DNA of 64,000 nucleotides from a virus: IMG/VR virus record IMGVR_UViG_3300043411_000910, positions 1 to 64,000 of that record; one strand, 5' to 3'. Shown piece by piece: positions 50,001 to 59,071 of this stretch (position 1 is its first letter; each line of letters starts with the position of its first letter). The notes under the pieces were generated by a model. It saw only the letters and a program-made list of their open reading frames with translations, ran no database searches and was not told where the DNA came from. The position numbers and the translations under genes were made by a program.

Positions 50001-53000
50001 TTTGGTTAAAACAAAGGGTAATTTTGAATTTGTAAACTCGAAGCATGGTTCAGGTATATTGGTAGATGAAGATAAAGAGATAAAGTTATCTTCGTTTTCA
50101 AATATAAATCCAGAAGAAGGCACCATCCAGTTTTGGGTAAAACCAACATGGAATGGTTTAGACGATACTAGCGATGTAACATTTGAAATAAAATACTCAA
50201 CTACACAATATCCAATTGATCATATCTATATTGGATCTGATCAAAAGTATCTTACTACAGATGAGTATTCTACTGGTAAATTTACATTAAATAAATCTAA
50301 TGTTGTATCTGGTATTCCTTCATTAACCAGTGATGGTATATATGTTTACTACACTGATAAATGGAATCTATCTATAATAGATGGATATACAAATGTTGAT
50401 TTGTCTGGTTTAACAGTAGAAATCACATCCAGTGACCCGATATTTAATGCAGAGTTTGATGGGATTAATTCACCAACAGTTACTTCAGGCAACAATAAAC
50501 TAAAGTTAAGATTCAATGAATCAAAAATAAACTATAATATATCTTTTAGATCAGATTCATATAAATATTTTATAGATTCATCTATGGACAAATCTAGATT
50601 TTCTATATACAAAGATCCATTTGGATATTTATGTTTTAGAGTTATTGATGCATCTGGGAAAGTTTATAGCATAAAGGGTGATGTAAGTTCTTGGTTGAAA
50701 GAAGATAATCACCAGATAGCTGTAAGTTGGAAGATAGGATCAAAAAATTATCAAGATGAACTTCATTTATTCCTAGATGGATTTGAGGTTTCAAATAATA
50801 CAAGATATTCTTCTGGAATAAATCCATACACAAATCAAAAATATACATCGGCAGAACGAAGCTTTATATTAAGCAGCTCAAATACTGTTGGATCAAATGA
50901 TCTTGAGACCGTTGCTGGATCAAGTGTAGTAACATCATCAATAAACTTTAGTAACTATAATATTACCCCCGGAGATGTCCTTTATATATATAATGATTTG
51001 TTTGATGCAAATGGTTATGTAGTGGCTTCTGTATCTGGTCAGACATTAACTTTAGCCTCTACTATTGGTTATTCGATATCAGATCTTGAGTTTTCTATAA
51101 ACCCAACGTTAACAGAAACAAATGCAGCTTATAAACTTTACAAAAACACAATAGTTACAGCTTATGATTATTATCTATCGTCAAATGATGGATACGTGCT
51201 ATCTGGATCAAATGCATTGTATTCTTCATCTGACTTCTCTAATGTTAATAAAAATGATTTTGTTGTAATAGACAAAGTTGGTTATCTTGATTATTATATA
51301 GTATCTCAAGTTGGAGATGGGTATCTAACTCTAGATGAAACATTCAATTCAAATGATTCATCACTTGATTTTTATGTCTATGATTCATCTTCTGGCAAAG
51401 AATTAAAATCACCAAGAACAAGTTTACCTGATTATTTGTTTTCCACAAGCAAAGATAAAAATTATATTTCTTTTAGGAATGGCATATCAGATAAATCTAT
51501 AATTATAATACAAACATTAGGTTTGAATTTTGAGAGAGTAAATAGAAAATATTATTTATGGTCAGATGAAAGCCAAAATATAATAAAAACACAATTGCCA
51601 GCTCCAGTTAGCATTGATGATGTTAAAATATATAAAACAATACTTGATAGAACAAACATAGATTCTTCTAACTCTACAACTATAGTTAATTCATTCACAT
51701 CAAATAATTTGACAACCTATGATGCAATAAACTCTGGATCAGGAAGAACTTTAAATGTATCATTATCTGGATCAAATATAGATTTTACAACACCTGTATC
51801 AGTAAATGTAAATGGTAATGTAAATTATATAAATACAACCGAAACTATTATATTTAATGGTTATGGTAATCTACAGACAACAAACAAATTTCAAAACGTT
51901 AATTACATTAATGTAACTGGAGACGTAGTATCTATATCAAAAAACTATTGCGCTATTTCATGTAGAGAGTATAATATATTAACAGATGAAGAGTTAGATT
52001 ATTTGGCAGAAATAAAATATAGCTATGAGGTTAATAGAGGCATTTCTTTATTCTCTGATGGATATGGTCTTGTATCTGATGCTAATAATGTTTTTAGTCA
52101 ATCTAATATAGATGATTTCATCAATATAACCTCCCCAATGGAGGTGGCTGGATTTTATAAAATAAAATCATTATCAGATAGTAATACATTATCTATAGAA
52201 CCATTAGACACTGGATTTTCACTTCCATTGGCTTCATTTACAGATGGTGTTTATTCAATAATAAAATCAACGGATTATAGGTCTGGCTTGCAAAACGGAT
52301 TCTTCTATTTTGAGCCAAGTAAATTCCCAGGACAACCATATTATCTAAAGAAAGGATTTTATGAATTTGACTACAATACTTACTTAAACATCTCTCATAA
52401 ATTTGGGAAATATTTATTTATAGGCTCTGATGTTAATTCTAGTAATCAATGCAAATCATCAATAAATAACTTTGCTATTTATAATATAGCTTTAACTGAT
52501 GTAAGGTCAGGCGAAATAATATCAGATGTCTTATCAGTAACAAAAGATTTTAATTCTATTCTTGGAGTTAAGCTAAACAAAAATGTATTATTTTTCAACA
52601 ATTTTGATAGCACATCAATAACAAACCAAGCTCCATTTTATCAATCTGATAAGAAATACATATACTCAAATAACTCTGTAAATGAAAACTTTAAATCATC
52701 AGTTTATCTAAATAATTACTCTATATCAGAAGAAAACAATGGTTATCTAAGTGAATTGGAGGGGACAATAGATGCTTGGATTTCTCCAATATTTGATTCG
52801 ATTAATGATAATAATTATAGATTTTACTTTGATTCAACATCGGCTAAAGAATTAGACTTAGTAAGTTCGTCTAATAATTTAATTAATTTACCAGAATTAG
52901 CAGAATCAATAATATCAATAACAACAAACAATCAAGCTGTAAATTACGCAATAGGTTCAAGAATTGAATTATTAAAGTCAGACTCAACTGAAGAGACAAT

Positions 53001-53991
53001 AACATCAAGCTCAACAAATAAAGTTGTGCTATCAAATGATGCATATCAAATACTTTCTGTAAAAATAGTCAATAACTATTCTAATATAGATTACTTTGAC
53101 TCTGGAGTAATATCCTCTGACCATAGGACAATATATTTAAACAAAAACTTACCAGCAAATAATACTCAAGTGAAGGTAATATACAAAAAATTATCATCAG
53201 TATCCAATAAATCTAATGGTCAATCTATTATACTAAATAAAAAACTACCTACAAATACATGTAATGTAAAAGTGAAGTTCATACCAAAAGGAATGAATGG
53301 TGATAGAATTTGTTTATACAAAGATAAAGAAAGTTACTTAAACTTTGCAATAAGGGCTAATTCAAAAGATTATGTTGTTAGGCACCCAATAACATGGATA
53401 CGTGGTTCATGGCATAAGGTTAGAGTTTCTTGGAAGACAAATTCCAAATCTGACAATATGGTTATGTTTATAGATGGATACAAAGCATCCTCAATAACAT
53501 CTGGATCAAATCTGATATTACAAGAAAATGGATTCAACCAAACTATAGTTGGCGATGGATATAATATATCTTTAAGTGATAAGATTGAGTTATCTGATAA
53601 ATTAAATATGTTTCATATTGGATCAGATTATTCTAAAAATAACTTGGCGGTTTGTAGCATGGATAATTTTAAGATAAGCAATGTATTCAAAAAGGTTTAC
53701 TCATACAATGGTGAATCAATGGATCCAACATATAATGGTTCATCTTCATATCCTACAACTAAAGATTTATATACTACATATTTATTAGATAGTGACATAA
53801 GTTATGAAAGAATTGATAAAACAAAGTTCATACAAATAATAAATAAACAAAATGGATTAAATGAATTTGTTGTTGATGTTTTTGATGAATTCTTTATACT
53901 AGAAAACAGTTCAAGAAGCAAAGAAATAATGGAGCTTTTGATAAATATACTTAAGCCAGCTAACTCAAGAGTCTTTATCAACTACAATTAA
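47011..53991 (+). CDS. Giant baseplate wedge protein (gp7/GpI-like core) with LamG-like domains
   Basis: NFGTLINIP...ERYRDAI...FIKGST and terminal LINILKPANSR; LamG-like EGTIQFWVKP, HQIAVSW, LFLDG and WHKVRVSW. Confidence 0.75.
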   Translation: MNNLRIVNVEIKSSTSVVIEFSDKLYKNLSEDNFTITCDVNSVPDSKVLSILVKNEFVFLEVQPLTPFVKYKLTAVNTPAKIISLENKYQLSEDGVSNTFSFLGPIQDDNVFKNILFSLLKDSVYNVHSQNTYESNILDALSKYLDKALDDINQVKNENYLFFDVIDEQKVRGSGPFDKLNEGSAFKISRVSRSPSNKKSELNLSINPSEQKLISLQQELTTEIFNGSKLSSFDPNSLVLNLSKSNVIRVSSISFTLNTSNPNYTYDIEKFGYQLKENKYDEFAFKYLLLDDNQLKLSNGLLLDSNFDISKIIKIEVSYYWKNLAILPSDTVNVFTIARSNYELINPIVNKFNLKYSNIVDSDGNSIKSNGLIIKNTESNSTHQAFLYEIDYNLDALPFRAGQYCVDYSSGTCFVYGEDSRNNGTGEFPPLISYYHKNSYKDSIDYTYDSSNYDFAVMPMGSLTETNFIINFQYESVLIDGKDYVSFLHEESLNESVENNLVALNVLKTKNYPVTNVFDIYNQTTGEKYTVSRFEDDKVYFKYINAPNVKSITKEPINFSSISDELIVNDIVTNLNSLLIAKCELSKTNILSRTFDSLGNFTNTTFVPTDREIFKTEYNYLEVLSSTENSNKLNNLGDYLVDYRNGVVYCAIATSLDNLGFCNYYYSEIITTNKHILSVDDLYRLYNTKSKIEYTSFTDSSITFDMDKVSAEYGLNAQYPYYIKDKYIGTFGSSFSYGVKDNISSLNGVYEYLDFKNSKFPVNFSQTSNFSGTNIIVESVSKQYTLETKYSEDGYYVDLDNDVSYKSPNIQYSFTVQDEFAAQITVLSFDISNGNKLFIDVAMEGLLVNVVSEFSINDVSNIVVDHSSGPILVDYSYLVDEILVSYEYGENVIDFRLSETVKKDDIYYVSYKVGALRDALIRNFGTLINIPELATFDTQLERERYRDAIFAALSSFIKGSTSDSIKNIVYNIAHTQPNITESNLNAWELGYNILEPSLVKTKGNFEFVNSKHGSGILVDEDKEIKLSSFSNINPEEGTIQFWVKPTWNGLDDTSDVTFEIKYSTTQYPIDHIYIGSDQKYLTTDEYSTGKFTLNKSNVVSGIPSLTSDGIYVYYTDKWNLSIIDGYTNVDLSGLTVEITSSDPIFNAEFDGINSPTVTSGNNKLKLRFNESKINYNISFRSDSYKYFIDSSMDKSRFSIYKDPFGYLCFRVIDASGKVYSIKGDVSSWLKEDNHQIAVSWKIGSKNYQDELHLFLDGFEVSNNTRYSSGINPYTNQKYTSAERSFILSSSNTVGSNDLETVAGSSVVTSSINFSNYNITPGDVLYIYNDLFDANGYVVASVSGQTLTLASTIGYSISDLEFSINPTLTETNAAYKLYKNTIVTAYDYYLSSNDGYVLSGSNALYSSSDFSNVNKNDFVVIDKVGYLDYYIVSQVGDGYLTLDETFNSNDSSLDFYVYDSSSGKELKSPRTSLPDYLFSTSKDKNYISFRNGISDKSIIIIQTLGLNFERVNRKYYLWSDESQNIIKTQLPAPVSIDDVKIYKTILDRTNIDSSNSTTIVNSFTSNNLTTYDAINSGSGRTLNVSLSGSNIDFTTPVSVNVNGNVNYINTTETIIFNGYGNLQTTNKFQNVNYINVTGDVVSISKNYCAISCREYNILTDEELDYLAEIKYSYEVNRGISLFSDGYGLVSDANNVFSQSNIDDFINITSPMEVAGFYKIKSLSDSNTLSIEPLDTGFSLPLASFTDGVYSIIKSTDYRSGLQNGFFYFEPSKFPGQPYYLKKGFYEFDYNTYLNISHKFGKYLFIGSDVNSSNQCKSSINNFAIYNIALTDVRSGEIISDVLSVTKDFNSILGVKLNKNVLFFNNFDSTSITNQAPFYQSDKKYIYSNNSVNENFKSSVYLNNYSISEENNGYLSELEGTIDAWISPIFDSINDNNYRFYFDSTSAKELDLVSSSNNLINLPELAESIISITTNNQAVNYAIGSRIELLKSDSTEETITSSSTNKVVLSNDAYQILSVKIVNNYSNIDYFDSGVISSDHRTIYLNKNLPANNTQVKVIYKKLSSVSNKSNGQSIILNKKLPTNTCNVKVKFIPKGMNGDRICLYKDKESYLNFAIRANSKDYVVRHPITWIRGSWHKVRVSWKTNSKSDNMVMFIDGYKASSITSGSNLILQENGFNQTIVGDGYNISLSDKIELSDKLNMFHIGSDYSKNNLAVCSMDNFKISNVFKKVYSYNGESMDPTYNGSSSYPTTKDLYTTYLLDSDISYERIDKTKFIQIINKQNGLNEFVVDVFDEFFILENSSRSKEIMELLINILKPANSRVFINYN

Positions 53992-54014
53992 GGTTGTATA
54001 TTTATATAGGAAAC

Positions 54015-57000
54015 ATGGATAGAAAAACTATTACAGCTGAGCAGAATATATGGTTTAATTCTCAACAAATAGATGAAGACAACTTAAACCTAGAACAAGA
54101 GTATAATAATACAACAAAATCTTCACTGGTTTCTAATCATATAGGTTCAGGTGTATTAATTGATGGCTTAACCCAATTAGAATATTTTTCAACAGAAGAT
54201 GTTACTTCAACTATAGATGGAAATGTATTAACACCAAAAGCTCAACCAAGCGATATTAATTTTGGAAATCAATTAGAGGTATCTCTAGATCAATCAAAAG
54301 TATTTGGAAGAAGAACGGTAAAATGTGTTGTGATAGGTACTGACTACAATGACTCATTGATCTTCGAACAATTTGTGTTCAATAGAAACGAATCACAATT
54401 TGGCTCAAAACATTTTAAGAAAATAATAACTGTTTTGATAAATGACTTATCTGGAGATTCCGGCAAAAGCTTTAACCTTGGTGGGGTTTTAAAAGTAAAA
54501 GAAGCGAAGCAATCTATACTTTCAAGAGATACTTTATCTGTATATCAAAATTATCAACCAAATATATTTTGGAGAGATTTTTATAGCTTACAAACAGTAG
54601 ACTTAAATAGTCTATTAGAGTTAGCTTTACCAACATATGATATATCTTCTTTAAATATACAAACCTCAGAATTTACCACAAGATCTATAATAAAAGATGA
54701 TATCTCGACAGAACTAGGACAGAAGTTTAAAGCAAAATCAAATAATATTCAAAAAATAAGATTATTGGTTTCTGTTGAAAATACAGAATTTGGTTCAGAA
54801 ACAGATTTAGAATGGAATGGAGAAATGGTTTTAAGTGTATATCCACTACAATCAACAATATCTTGTCCTTCTGATATTGCTCCTAATTTAGAAATAGATT
54901 TTGATCCAATCAATTCTCCTATAGCTCAAGTTAGTTTTAGTTATGCAACTTTACTTGCTTCTGGAATACAATTATCTAATACATTACAGCCAGTGGAATT
55001 TGTATTGTCAAACATTTCAGTTGGCACAAACAAAAAGATAGAGAAAGACAAATACTATCTACTATCTCTTAAACGTTCTGGCTCTGCGGATAAGTGTAAC
55101 ATTACGCTAGGCATCTCTGAGAATTTACTAACAGATAGCAGGCTTGTTGTTAGTAACGGCGAGATTTGGGTTGACGTACAGGACGAAAGTTTATGGTTTG
55201 AAATAGAATCAGATACAGCCAAACTTTCATCTGGTAAAATATATGAAGATGGTTTTGGTATTGAAATAGAAAAAACTAAAACTGATTCAACTGGCACATA
55301 TGATTATTCATTAAGTGGTTTATCATTTCATGGTAATTCAGAATTCACTGGAGTTGTTAGTTCAGTTACTAGTTCTTATTCAGAGGTTGAAGATACTAGA
55401 ACTGGCGGAACTACTTATTCAGTTCAAAAGAAAGTTCCAGATGTTAATCTATTATCATCAATAGAGCTATCAGATTTAGAATCAACTAAAACTTTATTGA
55501 AAGTTGGAAAGATACTAGATAAAAATAGAAAACTCGTTCCAAGTAATATAATAAACTCCAATTTACATTCTTGGAGTTTTGTAAAGAACCAAATAATAAT
55601 ACCAATTGTTGATGATGCAACAGATGGATACAGATATGATGGTTATGTAAATACTTTAGTTTCTAGCTTAATCAATGGTGAGTTATTTTTATCCAAGATA
55701 ACACCAAATAATTTAAGCTCATCATTGTCCTACAGAATAGGCGATGCAGAAGTTAGGACATTAATTTATGGTGATTTAAATGGGGATTGTATAGTAGATG
55801 AATCAGATCTTGATCTATTAAACTACTATTCTGATTTCAATTTAAATTCATCACCAAAATTAGATTCTGTTATGGTTAGTGATGGAATATCTCCAGCTAC
55901 ATATGAGAATGGTTACAAGTTTTTAACTAATCCAAGTAAATCAGCTTCATCATTAGACTTTCAAGTTGTTTTAAAGTCAAGCGGAGCTATGTTAGCTCAA
56001 GCACTTGATGGTGTTTTAGTTAATTCATCAAATACACTTTCAAGCTTTTCAAGTGCCAGTATAGATTTTTCAGCAATAACAAATCTAACAGATTGCGTAC
56101 TATTAGTATTTGATGGAACTAATTCAGAAAATTATGGTGCGTTTGATATCAAATCAATAAATACAGCAACAGATACTTTAACCATAGGTAAAAAATACAT
56201 TGATGAATCTGTAATGCTTTCTTTATTAGCTGGCAACATAGACCAAGATTTTTATATAGGTCCAAATGATGGTTACATATTGGAAAGCTATTTAGTTAGA
56301 GAGAGATTAACTTCTTTTGATGCTACACCATATCCAAGTGTTACTTCAAATTACTATGATAAGGTTGGGAAAACATTTCAAGCCGTTATTCTAAAAATAG
56401 AATCTATTGTAGATAGAGATGATGAATATTCAACAGATTTGTTTACCAGAGACTCAGTAGTCCATCCTATAAAAGATATATTCACACTTGATGTGAATTT
56501 ACAAGATTTAGATCTATTAAATAATCCAGTACAGTTTACTATAGAACCAAGATTAGTTTGGAAAAATTATCTTGTTGTTTCTGAATCAGATGTAAAGCTT
56601 GTTCCAAATGTATTAACATCTGGATCTGGATCACAAGAACCATGTCAAGAATTATGTGAGAAGCCAATTGTCTATCCAGTCAAACCAACATTTGACAAAG
56701 GCAAAAATGATTTCTTTGTACCAGATAATTTAATAATCAACAATGGTCAAATTTTAAACAATGATGGATCATATCATAAAGTAGATTTTGAGGTTGGTAC
56801 AATTATGCTTGAGATCCCAGATAATTTCTACGGTAACGAGCAAAGCATAAATATATTCACGGCTTTTGTTTGTGATAACGAATCCACTGGTAAAACAATA
56901 CAAGGGTTCCCAGCTATGAAATTTGCCGACTGTACATTTGTTAAATCTGATTCAATATCTAAAGGACAAGTAAAATTTGATATAGCAATACAATCATTTT

Positions 57001-57242
57001 TCCCTAACCTAGATGGATACAGTGAAGATTTAGATCCAGGAATAATTGTTGATGGTAAAATGGGTGTTTACGTAGATCAAACAACTGGTATACTAACATT
57101 AAACTTTACTAATTTATCATATGACTCCTCTACATTTACTGGGTCAACTAGATTACAAATAAATGTATTTTTAAAGAAATCTGGGTTCAACAACAACACT
57201 TTGAGTGTTAATAAAACAATAGTTAATAACTTGTTTATATAA
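54015..57242 (+). CDS. Large virion/baseplate-associated protein with dockerin-like EF-hand repeats
   Basis: NIWFNSQQIDEDNLNLEQ N-terminus; LGQKFKA; YGDLNGDCIVDESDLDLL; AGGA precedes ATG 54015. Confidence 0.7.
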   Translation: MDRKTITAEQNIWFNSQQIDEDNLNLEQEYNNTTKSSLVSNHIGSGVLIDGLTQLEYFSTEDVTSTIDGNVLTPKAQPSDINFGNQLEVSLDQSKVFGRRTVKCVVIGTDYNDSLIFEQFVFNRNESQFGSKHFKKIITVLINDLSGDSGKSFNLGGVLKVKEAKQSILSRDTLSVYQNYQPNIFWRDFYSLQTVDLNSLLELALPTYDISSLNIQTSEFTTRSIIKDDISTELGQKFKAKSNNIQKIRLLVSVENTEFGSETDLEWNGEMVLSVYPLQSTISCPSDIAPNLEIDFDPINSPIAQVSFSYATLLASGIQLSNTLQPVEFVLSNISVGTNKKIEKDKYYLLSLKRSGSADKCNITLGISENLLTDSRLVVSNGEIWVDVQDESLWFEIESDTAKLSSGKIYEDGFGIEIEKTKTDSTGTYDYSLSGLSFHGNSEFTGVVSSVTSSYSEVEDTRTGGTTYSVQKKVPDVNLLSSIELSDLESTKTLLKVGKILDKNRKLVPSNIINSNLHSWSFVKNQIIIPIVDDATDGYRYDGYVNTLVSSLINGELFLSKITPNNLSSSLSYRIGDAEVRTLIYGDLNGDCIVDESDLDLLNYYSDFNLNSSPKLDSVMVSDGISPATYENGYKFLTNPSKSASSLDFQVVLKSSGAMLAQALDGVLVNSSNTLSSFSSASIDFSAITNLTDCVLLVFDGTNSENYGAFDIKSINTATDTLTIGKKYIDESVMLSLLAGNIDQDFYIGPNDGYILESYLVRERLTSFDATPYPSVTSNYYDKVGKTFQAVILKIESIVDRDDEYSTDLFTRDSVVHPIKDIFTLDVNLQDLDLLNNPVQFTIEPRLVWKNYLVVSESDVKLVPNVLTSGSGSQEPCQELCEKPIVYPVKPTFDKGKNDFFVPDNLIINNGQILNNDGSYHKVDFEVGTIMLEIPDNFYGNEQSINIFTAFVCDNESTGKTIQGFPAMKFADCTFVKSDSISKGQVKFDIAIQSFFPNLDGYSEDLDPGIIVDGKMGVYVDQTTGILTLNFTNLSYDSSTFTGSTRLQINVFLKKSGFNNNTLSVNKTIVNNLFI

Positions 57243-57260
57243 ATAGTTATATAATTATTT

Positions 57261-58379
57261 ATGAAAGTTTTATGGAAAGGCTACTTAGGTGGACTACATA
57301 GTTGGTCACAAGTAGCCCAAAATTTATCTAGAGAGTTTATCAGATCTAATTATGAGATTGACTTGTTTTCAACAAATGGTATTAAACACTTCCCAGATGA
57401 TCTTAAAAGTAACTTAATTGCTTATGTAGAAGATAATAAGGTTTTATCTAAAGAATTGGAAAACAATAAAACTTATGATGTTCAGTGCAGTTATACTGCA
57501 ATGAGTAATTTTAAAAATTATTTCTCTAAAGGTGATCAGAATAGATTAGGTATATGGTGTTATGAATTTTCTGGTAAGAATGCATTACCAACTGGATTTG
57601 CAAAAAATCATTTATTTGTTGATTATATACTTCCTCCATCTGTACATGCTAAACAAGTTTTTATAGATTCTGGTATACCAGAAAGAAAAGTAAAAATAGT
57701 TCCTCATGGTTATGGCGAAGAATTTATAAATAGAACCAATAAGTTAAACATAACCAAAGATCAATTTGTAATAGGTGTAAATATAGCTCAACCACATCTT
57801 AGAAAGAATATTAGTGGTATTATAGAGTCTTATTTCAAAGCTTTTACAAAAAAAGATGATGTTGTTATGTTATTTAAAGTATCAAAATCAACTACCAATA
57901 AATTTGATGTTGATTTTGACGCAGTTTTAAATTCATATAAAGCGAAATATAAAAATCATCCTAAGATAATTGTATTGTCTGATTATATAGAATATATTTC
58001 TGACTTTTATAGAGAGTGCGATTGTATATTATCTTTATCCCATGCCGAGTCGTTTTTGTTCCCAGCATTAGAAGCTTTAGTATCTAAAAAAATACTTATT
58101 TGCAGTGGATATGGTGGTCAATTAGATTTTTGTAATAAAAACAATTCCTTCCAAGTTCCTGGCAAATTGATTAGAGCTAACCCAAATATGTTATATTGGG
58201 AACAAAAACCAAATACTATTGTATTTGAACCAGATGTATCTTCAGCTGTTGATTTGTTGAGATTAGCATATTTAAACAAAGATAAGATTAGTAAAGATTT
58301 TGATCAGGAGTATAACAAAATAATATCAGAGTACACATGGAATAATGCCTTTAAGAAAATGGAAACTTTAATAAAATGA
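57261..58379 (+). CDS. Glycosyltransferase, GT-B (GT4-like)
   Basis: IVPHG, RKNI, and SHAESFLFPALEA (EX7E) followed by SGYGGQLDF. Confidence 0.92.
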   Translation: MKVLWKGYLGGLHSWSQVAQNLSREFIRSNYEIDLFSTNGIKHFPDDLKSNLIAYVEDNKVLSKELENNKTYDVQCSYTAMSNFKNYFSKGDQNRLGIWCYEFSGKNALPTGFAKNHLFVDYILPPSVHAKQVFIDSGIPERKVKIVPHGYGEEFINRTNKLNITKDQFVIGVNIAQPHLRKNISGIIESYFKAFTKKDDVVMLFKVSKSTTNKFDVDFDAVLNSYKAKYKNHPKIIVLSDYIEYISDFYRECDCILSLSHAESFLFPALEALVSKKILICSGYGGQLDFCNKNNSFQVPGKLIRANPNMLYWEQKPNTIVFEPDVSSAVDLLRLAYLNKDKISKDFDQEYNKIISEYTWNNAFKKMETLIK

Positions 58380-59071
58380 TAATGTCTATAGTCATACCTT
58401 GTTTTAATAATTGGAATTTTACAAAAGCCTGTTTAGATGATCTTAGCTATCTTCCAAATGATCATGAGCTAATTGTTGTTGATAATGGAAGTACAGATGA
58501 CACAAGAAAAAATTTAGAGAAAAGCAGCGCTGTTAATAAATATATAAGATTAGATAAAAACATGGGGTTTGGTTACGCTGTTAACACAGGATTTTCCAAA
58601 GCTTCTGGTAAAAACTTAATGACTCTTAATAATGATATAAGAGTTAAGTTTAATAAAGACTCTTGGACAAAATCGATAATAGAAGAATGTGGGGGTAATT
58701 TAATTTCACCTAACCTTGGGATACTTAATAAGGATTTTTCTTTTAGTAAAGAAATAGATTATTTTGTTGATAGTAAATATTCTTATTTAAGTGGTTGGTG
58801 TTTAAGTTCATCTAGAGACAATTGGGATAAATTAAAATTATCGGATAATGGAACTCATCAAGAATATTTTGATGAGAGGTTTTTTGTATATTTCGAGGAT
58901 ACAGATCTTGGATTTAGGGCTAGACAATTAGGAATTAATTTGAAAGTTTTACAAATACCAGTTGTACATTTTGGGAAACAAAGTTCTAAGAATCTAAATA
59001 CTTATAAACTATATACTGATTCTAAAAAAATATTTGAAGAGAAATGGAGTAATTATGAAAAGTCTATTTAA
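58376..59071 (+). CDS. Glycosyltransferase family 2
   Basis: SIVIPCFN, VVDNGSTD, NMGFGYAVN, LNND and YFEDTDL. Confidence 0.93.
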   Translation: MIMSIVIPCFNNWNFTKACLDDLSYLPNDHELIVVDNGSTDDTRKNLEKSSAVNKYIRLDKNMGFGYAVNTGFSKASGKNLMTLNNDIRVKFNKDSWTKSIIEECGGNLISPNLGILNKDFSFSKEIDYFVDSKYSYLSGWCLSSSRDNWDKLKLSDNGTHQEYFDERFFVYFEDTDLGFRARQLGINLKVLQIPVVHFGKQSSKNLNTYKLYTDSKKIFEEKWSNYEKSI

